A DNA stretch of 64,000 bases from Schmidtea polychroa (lineage: Eukaryota). The DNA lies in contig CM097885.1 of assembly GCA_044892525.1 (NCBI GenBank), positions 34,474,001-34,538,000 of the forward strand, given 5' to 3'. Positions 23,883 through 33,399 of this stretch are shown piece by piece; within the stretch, counting starts at the first letter, position 1; each line of letters begins with the position of its first letter. The notes below the pieces were generated by a model, which was not told the DNA's origin, searched no databases, and worked only from the letters and a program-made list of their open reading frames with translations. The translations under genes and the position numbers were made by a program.

Positions 23883-24461
23883 TCATAGTTCGAAGGGCTT
23901 CAAGTATAATCCTTTACCATTTTTAGTTTTACAAAGGCATCCATTCTTTAAAGATTTACATATTTTTTTTAAATCTTCTTTATCTTTTGAAGATAAAGAT
24001 TCAGATGTAGAAATTTGATTTTTTAAAAAATCATTTAAACCTCTACCTTTATAAGGATCAAGATAGAGACCTTTGCCCTGAGACTTTTGCCGACTCCCCT
24101 CATATGGATTAAGATAGAGACCCTTTCCAACGGACACTCCCCCTTTAGCTTGCCCTACCTTCTTCATTGAATCGATTTCAGTTTGTAGTTTTTCTTTTTC
24201 TAGGTCTGTCTTTTGAGATTCTTTAGCTTTTTGAACTGTAGTTGCAATTCCTCCAGCTATTCCAGCAGCACCTGATAAACCAGCAATGATTGCAGGTATT
24301 AAAGCAGCTAATGGAAGAATGCCACCTTCTTTAGCTTCGTGGAGCTTCGCTCTAACTTGTTCTTTTACATGTTTTCCAATAAAATATTTTTTACCATCAA
24401 TTACTACTGATTTATTTTTATTTGAATTTATTAATTCTTGCAAAGATTCTTCAGTTGTCAT
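23883..24461 (-). CDS. Putative virion core/membrane-active precursor (adenovirus pX/pVI-like), 192 aa
   Basis: EGGILPLAALIPAIIAGLSGAAGIAGG resembles the GGFLPALIPIIAAAIGA segment of adenovirus pX. It has three GKGLYLxP[YF] repeats. Confidence 0.7.
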   Translation of the reverse strand: MTTEESLQELINSNKNKSVVIDGKKYFIGKHVKEQVRAKLHEAKEGGILPLAALIPAIIAGLSGAAGIAGGIATTVQKAKESQKTDLEKEKLQTEIDSMKKVGQAKGGVSVGKGLYLNPYEGSRQKSQGKGLYLDPYKGRGLNDFLKNQISTSESLSSKDKEDLKKICKSLKNGCLCKTKNGKGLYLKPFEL

Positions 24462-24476
24462 TTTATAATAAACAAA

Positions 24477-25268
24477 ATGGATATTTGGAAACCAATTTTA
24501 ACTCGACACAAGAGTAAATTTAATAATAAAGTATTTCCTGATAATTTTAGATTATTAATTGTTGGTTCTTCTGGATGTGGAAAGAATGTACTTGTTTTGA
24601 GAATGTTACTTGAAGATGATTTTTTAGATTATAATAATTTAATCTTTTATTCTACAACCATAAATCAACCAGAATTACAACTTTTGAAATGTGGATTTGA
24701 AAATAAATTAACTAAAAAAGCAATAATTGATATTTTTAAAAATCAACATAGGTGTCCTGAAGAAGTTTTTCAACCTTGTGATATGGTTGATTGGTATAAG
24801 GAAAAGATTTTAGAATCAGATATTAGTAATAAAAATGATTATATTTGTGAAGAAGGGCAGGAGGCAATTCAAGTTTTATTCTCTAATAAACCTGAAGATG
24901 TTTTACATTGTGATTTACTTCCTAAAGATAAAAAGAATCTAGTTATATTTGATGATGTTGTTAATATGAAAAATCAAGAGATTCAAAAGAGTTACTTTAC
25001 ACGAGGTCGACATAATAATTGTAATGTTATTTATATATCTCAAACATATTATGCTTTAGATAAAAATTCAATAAGAAATAATTCCAATTGTTTTATATTT
25101 TTTAAATTAGATCGCCGTGATAAGAATATGATTTATAATGATTTATTTTCAAATGTTGAACCTGATAAGAATATGTTTGATATGTTTGTTGATAATCATT
25201 GGAAAGAAAAATATAATTATATTTATTTGGATAGAGAAGAAGCTGAAATATGGAAAAGTTTGTTTTAG
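24477..25268 (+). CDS. A32/FtsK-like genome-packaging ATPase, 263 aa
   Basis: Walker A GSSGCGKN (variant), Walker B LVIFDD, RGRH, YISQ and IRNN. The first ATG in ORF 24438-25268 is at 24477. Confidence 0.92.
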   Translation: MDIWKPILTRHKSKFNNKVFPDNFRLLIVGSSGCGKNVLVLRMLLEDDFLDYNNLIFYSTTINQPELQLLKCGFENKLTKKAIIDIFKNQHRCPEEVFQPCDMVDWYKEKILESDISNKNDYICEEGQEAIQVLFSNKPEDVLHCDLLPKDKKNLVIFDDVVNMKNQEIQKSYFTRGRHNNCNVIYISQTYYALDKNSIRNNSNCFIFFKLDRRDKNMIYNDLFSNVEPDKNMFDMFVDNHWKEKYNYIYLDREEAEIWKSLF

Positions 25269-25279
25269 GGCTTGTCGAC

Positions 25280-25837
25280 TTAAAAATTTGTTTTCTGTAG
25301 TTCATTATTATAAAATCTACCTAATATTTTTTCATTATTTAAATCAAAGATGCTATATGTTATTGGAGTTGTATAATGTATTTTATTTATAATAAAAATT
25401 TCATTTGTCCATTTTGCTGTGAATCCTTTTTTAAATTTATTTTTATATTTAAATATTCTTACTCGGTCACCAATTTTAAACTTTGGTTTTTCAATAACAT
25501 CATTTTCAATATTTACCACTTTAATGGTTTCAGGCTTCATGGAAGCATTTAAAGGTGTTAATTTTATAGAACTATGTACATCATTATTATATTCATTTAC
25601 AATCTTTTGTAACAATTCATTGTTCCATTTTTGTTTTCCAATAGCAGTAAAATATTTCCACATTTTATTTTTTAATGTTCTATTTAATCTTTCAACTACG
25701 ACTGCTTTTCCTTCGTTTTCTGTTGAATATAATTTAATATCATTTTCATTTAAAAACTTTGTAAAAACTTTGTTATAAAATTCTGTTCCTTTATCACACC
25801 ATAAATATTCTTTGATTTTCTTCAAATATATTTTCAA
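25280..25837 (-). CDS. Retroviral-like (RVE) integrase, C-terminal half (separated by a frameshift)
   Basis: LWCDKGTEF (second Asp), VVERLNRTLK (Glu), YN...HSSI..TP and SH3-like KFKIGDRVRI..KGFT.KW..EIF. No chromodomain. Confidence 0.9.
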   Translation of the reverse strand: MKIYLKKIKEYLWCDKGTEFYNKVFTKFLNENDIKLYSTENEGKAVVVERLNRTLKNKMWKYFTAIGKQKWNNELLQKIVNEYNNDVHSSIKLTPLNASMKPETIKVVNIENDVIEKPKFKIGDRVRIFKYKNKFKKGFTAKWTNEIFIINKIHYTTPITYSIFDLNNEKILGRFYNNELQKTNF

Positions 25838-26657
25838 ATGCTTCTGTAATAGAATATCCTGTTTTATTTTCTAAACACCTTGCAAAAGCAAATCTTGTAT
25901 ATAAATCTATTACAGTTAAAATTATTTTATATTTTTCAGGGTCTGATGATTTGGGCATAAAGACTAAATCTGCAGACCATGTTTGATCTTTTTCATGTAC
26001 TTGAACTTTTAAATATTTTTTATTTTTTCTAAATTCATGGTGTAATTCCTTTGCATATTTTATTTCTGATTCTGTTGGGGTTTGTAAACTAGTTTTGGAT
26101 ATATTCTCAAGGGATCTTTCAATGTCTGCTTGTTCGATAATCTTTTTATAAGCAACATCTTTTGCTATTCTAGGAAGTCTTGCACCCATGGTGATCGGAC
26201 TGTGTCCTAAGCCTTTGAAAATCTTACCTTTCATTGCTAATTTAACTAGAGCTCTTTGAATCTTTTCTTGGGTTGATGGATTTTGGATACTATTTAAATC
26301 ATGTATTAAATTCACATCTGCAACATGTCTATCTCTAAGATTTGTTGAATTGTATGCAATGTCATGTTTTAAAGCTGCTTGATCAATTCTATTTATTGGT
26401 TCTTCTCCTTGTTTGGGATTATTATTTTCATCTAATCTAATATCTAATCTTGTTCCTGGTCCGGTGTAGTTGTGTTTAAATAAATGTCTTTCACCTGGAT
26501 ATTTTTCTGTAGTAAAAGGTTTTAATATTGAAGATGTTGTTTTTGAAGATTGTAGATCGCCTCCTGTATGTTTTTTAGTTTTTAAATGACTTGCTTTATG
26601 ATGTCTTGTAACTTGACAATTACAAGTTTCACATCTCCAATATTTATTTAGAGACAT
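25794..26657 (-). CDS. Zinc finger + parvovirus-type phospholipase A2 (PLA2X) + integrase N-terminal half, in one frame, 287 aa
   Basis: CETC..H....H finger; YTGPG Ca-binding loop and AALKHDIAY..DRHVAD catalytic HD motif; then ELHH, TWSADL (first catalytic Asp) and ILTVIDLYTRFAF of the integrase. Confidence 0.88.
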   Translation of the reverse strand: MSLNKYWRCETCNCQVTRHHKASHLKTKKHTGGDLQSSKTTSSILKPFTTEKYPGERHLFKHNYTGPGTRLDIRLDENNNPKQGEEPINRIDQAALKHDIAYNSTNLRDRHVADVNLIHDLNSIQNPSTQEKIQRALVKLAMKGKIFKGLGHSPITMGARLPRIAKDVAYKKIIEQADIERSLENISKTSLQTPTESEIKYAKELHHEFRKNKKYLKVQVHEKDQTWSADLVFMPKSSDPEKYKIILTVIDLYTRFAFARCLENKTGYSITEAFENIFEENQRIFMV

Positions 26658-26686
26658 TTTAAAATGTTAAAATATCAGGGATTATA

Positions 26687-27979
26687 TTAAGAATCTCCCC
26701 TAACATTTTCGATTATTGAAATCTTTCCACCATATAATTTCATTTCTATTTTCTTTTCTTCTAATATTAATGTATATACTTTAGCTTTAAAATTAGAATC
26801 CTTTGTTACATGAAGTGTAACATCAACATTATTTATGGCTAATCGATCATCTTGGTCTGATACATTTATACAAAATATAGAATATAAATTTTTGAAATCT
26901 TCTAAACTTAATTGCGGTTCAACTTTGAAATCATAACATGTTTCAATATAATTTAGATATGGGAATATGTTTTCATTATTTTCAATATTAAATTCCATTC
27001 TATTTATTGGATAATAAGAACTATTTAATTGAATTTGTATTGTTTTTAAATTATCATCTCCAATCTTTTGAATAAATAGATTGTTATTTTTTTGGAAAGA
27101 TGAATCTGTTTCTTTGAATCCAATCAAGATATATCTTGGTCGGTATGCTAAATTTGCTACCTTTATAGAATATGTTGAACCCTCTGTCATACTAAATTCA
27201 CTACAGATTCTATTTAAATAATTTACATTTATAGACTTGTTGGAATTTAATCTTTCAAGGAGTTTAATCTCAGAATGTGGGTTTAATGTCCATTCAGGTA
27301 TATGTAATTCAAGTGTTGATAATTTTAATTTAGCTTTTGTATCTACAGCTCCATAGAACAATCTTTTATCACCTTCTACTCTATTACAGATGAATTCTAT
27401 AAAAACATTATGAAGTATACGATTATAGTTTTGAAGGAATCCAAACAAGTGTTTTAATTCAAAATAACCTTCAAATTTTTTAGATTTATAAAGTTCAGCT
27501 CTTTTATGGTAACCATGGTTTACATCTAAACCATCTTTATCTAAATCCCCTTTATTAACATCAGGAATCCAACCTGTTAATTCACCATATTCGTTTTTAT
27601 AATCACAACCAGTCAAAATAAAATTTAACATTGTAGAATATACTCCCGGATGCAAAACAGTTTCAATTTCTGATGATCCTAGTTTTAATCTCATGTTGGA
27701 GAATAAATTTGGAAAGAAATTATTTTCTAGGGTTATACCTTTGTTTGCTTCAATTTCTAATTCTACTTTGTAATATAATTTGGCATTACAAATATCTATT
27801 GGGTTTGATGTTTGAAGAGATTGAAAAACTATATCACCCCTACGATTTAAGTTTGCAATAGATCCTGAAGTTGGCGAGATTTTTAAAATATCATTTTTTT
27901 TAATTTCATGAGTAAATTCTTTATTATAATCAAGATTTAATTTATTTTTTTCTTGAATTTTAAGATTTATGTTATTCAT
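26687..27979 (-). CDS. Major capsid protein (double jelly-roll, hexon-like), 430 aa
   Basis: Size, position and motifs (LN..GDI.F, NNFFP.LFS.MRL..G..EIE...PG..STM, L.HLFGF, PRYILIGF, LN..YYP, YSIFCI.VS) match Polinton major capsid proteins. Confidence 0.88.
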   Translation of the reverse strand: MNNINLKIQEKNKLNLDYNKEFTHEIKKNDILKISPTSGSIANLNRRGDIVFQSLQTSNPIDICNAKLYYKVELEIEANKGITLENNFFPNLFSNMRLKLGSSEIETVLHPGVYSTMLNFILTGCDYKNEYGELTGWIPDVNKGDLDKDGLDVNHGYHKRAELYKSKKFEGYFELKHLFGFLQNYNRILHNVFIEFICNRVEGDKRLFYGAVDTKAKLKLSTLELHIPEWTLNPHSEIKLLERLNSNKSINVNYLNRICSEFSMTEGSTYSIKVANLAYRPRYILIGFKETDSSFQKNNNLFIQKIGDDNLKTIQIQLNSSYYPINRMEFNIENNENIFPYLNYIETCYDFKVEPQLSLEDFKNLYSIFCINVSDQDDRLAINNVDVTLHVTKDSNFKAKVYTLILEEKKIEMKLYGGKISIIENVRGDS

Positions 27980-28082
27980 TTTTATATATTAAAATTTACA
28001 CACACAAAATAGGATTAATTAAATATATTATGTAAGCCATTATAGCGGAGTGGGAATAGGCTTCAATTTTATCACCGGGAGT

Positions 28083-28328
28083 AGTAGTGAGGAATCTATG
28101 CACCCCGTTACCTTTTCTCGGAATTACTAATCTATAAATACATCTATTCCGAACTTTTTTACTTTTAAGGGAAGAAATTAAGGGTTAATGGCAATAGGGG
28201 ACAAAGTTTAGAAGTTAAAAAAAGTGAAGAATATGGGGTAAAAAAGCATATAAATGTGGAAAATATGGGTCAATAGCGCTGTTTTTTTTTAGGGTGGGGG
28301 TGCTGGGGTGCATAGATTCCTCACTACT
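28083..28328 (-). repeat. Right TIR of the inner Maverick (246 bp), bounded by the same 24-bp inverted repeat
   Basis: Reverse complement of 14587-14834; by eye it differs by one substitution and a 2-nt indel at the A-run. Confidence 0.95.
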
Positions 28329-28334
28329 TAAATT

Positions 28335-28520
28335 TAACTTCATAAAAATATAAATTATAAACTCAAAAGTATAAATTATAAAATTATAATAGCTTTAAAA
28401 ACATAAACTATAAATTTAATTTCATAAAAATATAAATTATAAACTTATATTAGCTGAAAGGCTATAAATTATAATCTGAATTTGGTCATAAAAGTATAAA
28501 ATATAAATTACGTTAGCGAT
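28335..28520. repeat. Continuation of the AT-rich minisatellite interrupted by the inner Maverick
   Basis: TAACTTCATAAAAATATAAATTATAAAC units match those at 14500-14586. Confidence 0.85.
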
Positions 28521-28736
28521 AAAAATATAATCTATAATAAGTGGTAAATATTTTATAAATACCCCCCCCCAAGTTACGCAATCGTCGAAACAAATATCTA
28601 GATTCACAATCTAACTTATATATGTATATCTGAAACTTATAAAAGTATAATTTACATTTTATAATTACATTTTATAATTTAAATTATAATTTACATTTTT
28701 TCATAAGTACCCCCCTCAAACTACACATTTGTCGAG

Positions 28737-28892
<156 letters not shown>

Positions 28893-28989
28893 ATAAATTT
28901 ACTTATATATGTACAGTTATTCACCTTAACAATTCCTCAGGTCACCTAACCATTAATTGTTGTCTAAATACATTAATACCTTACTTTTA

Positions 28990-29510
28990 CGATATAAATT
29001 TAGAAAATTTCGATAAATGACCCCCCTTAATTCATATAACCATTAACCACTACCTGATACACTAATTTAGACTATTAAATATATATACTTAACTTAGATT
29101 ACCTTTAAAATTATAATTGAAAATTTTTCATCAAAGACCCCCATAAACCATATAGTCATCCCCTACCACCTAAATATATTAAATTAACTTATTTTAATAC
29201 ATATTTAACTTATATTATATTTAAAAATGTAAATTGTAAATTTTTATGAATGACCCCCCCCCCTCAAAATCATATAGTCATCAACTACCACCTAAATATA
29301 CTAAATTAACTTATTTTAATACCTATTTAACTTATATTATATTTTAAAATATAAATTGAAAATTTTCATAAATGACCCCCTTCAAATCATGTAGCCATTA
29401 ACTATTCCTTAGGTATACTGAATTATATCATCTTCGTATAGAGTTAAATTATATTTCAAACCAAACCAAAAAAATAATTCCATAATTTTTCGTAAATGAT
29501 ACCCCCCATA
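28990..29510. repeat. Degenerate ~120-bp tandem repeat (AAATGACCCCC...ACCACCTAAATATA units)
   Basis: The C-run motif recurs at ~29016, 29133, 29248, 29370 and 29494. Confidence 0.7.
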
Positions 29511-29542
29511 TGTGGGAATCTTGTAAAAATATAAACTTACAT

Positions 29543-29582
29543 TTATTATTATTATTAACATTATTATTATTATCGTTATTAA

Positions 29583-29647
<65 letters not shown>

Positions 29648-29700
29648 CCATTAACATTACCACTCTTATTATTATTATTACTATTATTATTATATTATTA
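29543..29700. repeat. (ATT)n microsatellite
   Basis: Direct observation. Confidence 0.9.
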
Positions 29701-32189
29701 AAATAATTATCTTTATTTCATAAAAATAAACTTATAAAACCAATTATTGATTTTGGGATTCCCCTATCTCTAAATTTAGTCTCAATGGCCCTATCTTCCA
29801 ATAAAATTACGGAAAATCACTAAAATCTATTTTTAGTAACAACCCCCCCCCCGGAAAACGACATCAATATTATTAATTTAAATTATATCCATATATGTAT
29901 ATATGTGTGGGTGTATGTGTATACGTATATATATGTGGATGTGTGTATGTATATATAGATTTAGAAAATAACAAATACCATAATCTTCCCCTCAAGACCC
30001 ATGTGGAATAATTTCCACAACCCCTTTAAAGTAATAAAGATAGAATAATTTATAAAAATTATGGACAAAATTACGTTCAAATCAAATCAAATGACAAAAC
30101 CCAATGGTAAACTAAATTTATTAAGTTCAATTACCAAATTTATTTACTTTGAATCTCTTTGAATCATATTCATACCAAAAAGTCCTTCGAGCTCAGTTGA
30201 TGGACCATCCCGATGAAATACATTTCCTGGGGTTGGAAAATGAAAACTTATATTAAACTATCTTTCAGAATTTCTTTTAGATTTCCACAATTAAATAATT
30301 CCAAATTATTTCTCACAAATATATTCGATCAAAAAGAATTTTAATATTTTATTTAATTACAACATCCTGAATAAAAACTCAAAAAGGAAAAACTCCAACT
30401 ACAAATCGGCTTTATTTCTTTGCTTGGCTGCTTTAAGATCATAAATGGGCATTTTTCATTTATTAATCGGATAAAATCAGTTTTTTCTGTACAACCTTTA
30501 CATTCTTCACCCCAGCTTTCTAATATTGTTTAGATTAATACCAGTAAGATCAATAGGTTTGTCTGAAAAATAGTTGAATTAATATTTAAAATCTTAACTG
30601 AACATACCATATTTTGATTCACAAATTTGTGAATCCATTGCTTTTAGTTTTTCAGACTTTTTCAGCGGGCATAACCCAACTCAAAGGCTGAGACAAATGT
30701 TTTACAATATATGCAGTAGATGTTACCAATCCTCCAATATAATAACACTAAAAATAAATTACAATTTTATAGTAATCAGTTATAATACCTTACCAGACTT
30801 TATTCTTTTCCTTTACTTGTTTTGCTCATCTTTTTGAATTTATTTTCAATATTTTCGATATTTGTACTTTCATCTCCATCTAGACTATCTTTCAGGCGTC
30901 TCACAAACTTAACACAAACTGAACAATTTTTAAATATAATAAAAATAAGTGCCAAATACCTTCGCAATTATTTTCATTAACTGTAGCTGACATTACATAG
31001 TAAACAATGATTAGAAAAAAAAAACTGATAAAATTTTCATTGCAAAATATTACTAATTAATAATATATAAAAAAAAATGGTTTGTTAAAAAAATAATTAG
31101 TTAAAACAAGTTTAAAATACTTCAAACTGACGTATAAGTTTTGTTTAAAATGTAAGTAACGAGTATTGTAAAATTAATTTAATATTATTATAAATTTTGA
31201 ATTAAAATTTTCTTAAAATTCTAGAAAAAAATATCCTTTATTAATAGAAAACAAATTTTTAAAAAATAAATAAAGTTTGAGTCAATTTGAATTTTCTAGA
31301 AGTATCTCTTAAAATTATATAGGGAATTGTCTTGTAACAGTTATTGATGTATTTTGAATTTATTTAACTTGAATTAAAAATATAATATTAACAAAAATGT
31401 ATTGTGAGATTTTGATTGTTGATCTAACCATCTCTCTATAACTACCCGGGCTCAACAAAGGGGAGTGTCATTGTAGGTCAACTAGGACAGTCATAGTCAC
31501 CGCGAAATACGCTTAGTCAAATAATACGCGGTCATAAACAATCATGGTTCTTGTAAAGTTATTATATTTTGTTGTTGTGGTTGGTGAAATTTCTGACCCT
31601 TATTTGTATGTTCACCAACATATAAGTTGTTTTGTTTTTTATTGTGTCCTAATTAAATTCATTATCCTCAAAAATTTCTTAAGGTATGTTTCATAAACTA
31701 TGGCTATGTTTCACTTAATTTATACTCAAACATGTTAGATGGGGTATTGTATGAACAGGTTTTGATAGATTAATGTATGATTCCTGATGACTTATGATCG
31801 TTTGAGGATAGAAAGTTTGTATAGGCATAGTTGAGGAAGTGATTATAATAAGGGACCTGCGTAAATCGGACATACATCTTCTAACGATAGTCCGTGAACC
31901 CATTAGAGTGCTTGACAATTACAGTGCAAGTAGTGCGCTCACTTTTTGCGAGTACTCACCCTCTTGATACAGTACCAACGTTGATCGCTCAACGGGTATC
32001 AAGCGGTAAACAATGTTGTATCTTGGGTTACGCTGGTAACAGCACTAAAGGGCAAAATATTTGATCATCAGTAACACACCAATTCTAATTTACAAAACAT
32101 TCTTCTTTTAATTGATTACTACTGACTTATTATTGCAATGTAAAAATCGCATTCAATAAATACTTATTGTTGATCAGTTTTATTATATA

Positions 32190-32642
32190 TACTCTGAGTT
32201 TATCCGACAGGATGTTTTGACCCCCTAAGGGTACTGGTCGTAAGGGTATTGCTAACACTCAACCCCCACCTACCCATTTATTAGATACTAGATACCAACA
32301 ACCAGCTAACAACTAGATACTAAGTACTTACAACCGACAACAACCAGATACTAAGCATTATCAACCTACAACTATATAACAACAATCAGTAAATATTGTA
32401 TAGATCATGTTGTTGAAAATGTTATGAACTGTGGAGATGATGAATGAGAATGTGGTAATAAATTTTAGTTTGAGTGTATATTTAAAGTATAATATTTAGA
32501 ATTTCTTTGTTAAAGTTTTGTCTTGAATATTTTTACCAGTAACTTTGTAAACAATGCCCATGTGACTTGTTGAGCGTGTGCAGTACCCTTGCTAGCAATA
32601 TCCTTAGGGGGACAGAATATCTTGTCGGATAAACTCAGAGTA
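32190..32642. mobile_element. Second, shorter TACTCTGAGTTTATCCGAC-family TIR element (MITE)
   Basis: TACTCTGAGTTTATCCGACAGG at 32190 and inverted CTTGTCGGATAAACTCAGAGTA ending at 32642; TA flanks. Confidence 0.65.
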
Positions 32643-32647
32643 TATAG

Positions 32648-32649
<2 letters not shown>

Positions 32650-32738
<89 letters not shown>

Positions 32739-32750
32739 TTAATAATAATA
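32650..32750. repeat. (AAT)n microsatellite
   Basis: Direct observation. Confidence 0.9.
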
Positions 32751-32762
32751 AAAATAGACAAA

Positions 32763-33063
32763 TGACCTTGAAAATGGTCTCGGGAAAACGTTAATAACTT
32801 TGCCGTTATTAATGATGATGATACTTTCTATGGCTCATTCGAAAGGTCTTGGATTGGGCTTTAAAATGGGCTATTGATCAATAATTTCCGTTGGCGGGAA
32901 CTCTATAGATTTAAATTTTAAAATTTGACCTTGAAAAAATAAATGACCTTGATATTTTATTTTTAAAAAAAAAAATTTTCCTGGCCGGGGGGGGGTGGGT
33001 ATGTGATCTAGCGGTGACCTGATCTAGCGGTGACCTGATCTAGCGGTGACCCATCCATCTACT
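32763..33063 (-). repeat. Right TIR of the outer element (3 copies of the 16-mer)
   Basis: Reverse complement of 9065-9397; units at 33004-33051. Confidence 0.9.
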
Positions 33064-33399
33064 TCTCTCTCCTGACATTCGACTCCACATATCTGTTTCG
33101 GCTGTCAATTAGATTGATCCGACGAACAAAGATAATTAATGGCCCGCCCGGGCCTTTCTGCATGAACTATCCTTTTCTTGGTGGTCTCCCATTAATCATT
33201 GTGACAAAATAATGGCCCTAAATTTTCCATCTGTTTACTTTTCTCTTTGTTTACTCAGCTCGGGATTTCTTTCTACTAGATAATTAATTAATTAATTAAT
33301 TAATTATTTTTCATTTTCTTGTTTTTCATCTTTTACGCACATTTTCGCGCCTTTCCTAGACTTTCTGAAAATTTTGTTCTCGCCATGTTGTTCCTCGCT

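Larger units (their letters stand above)
14587..28328. mobile_element. Complete Maverick/Polinton (adintovirus-like endogenous virus), 13.74 kb
   Basis: AGTAGT...ACTACT termini; near-identical TIRs 14587-14834 and 28083-28328; 6-bp TSD TAAATT (14581-14586, 28329-28334); full gene set (pPolB, integrase, ATPase, protease, major and minor capsid). Confidence 0.96.

Noticed and set aside
24438..24476. Upstream TTG start for the ATPase given by the ORF track
   Set aside because: It overlaps the divergent gene. The ATG at 24477 has the AAAATG context of the other viral genes.
16750..25778. Short antisense or overlapping ORFs within the viral genes (16750, 16778, 21326, 22878, 24286, 25102, 25138, 25419)
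   Set aside because: They are shadow frames of real genes with no recognisable motifs.
25794..25837. Programmed ribosomal frameshift or intron in the integrase
   Set aside because: It would need a +1 shift in the middle of the catalytic core. No canonical slippery heptamer or GT donor is visible and a conserved Pro is missing, so a deletion is simpler.
30100..32100. Higher-complexity stretches in the outer element that could be decayed genes
   Set aside because: Manual translation gave frequent stops and no motif I could identify; a profile search is needed.
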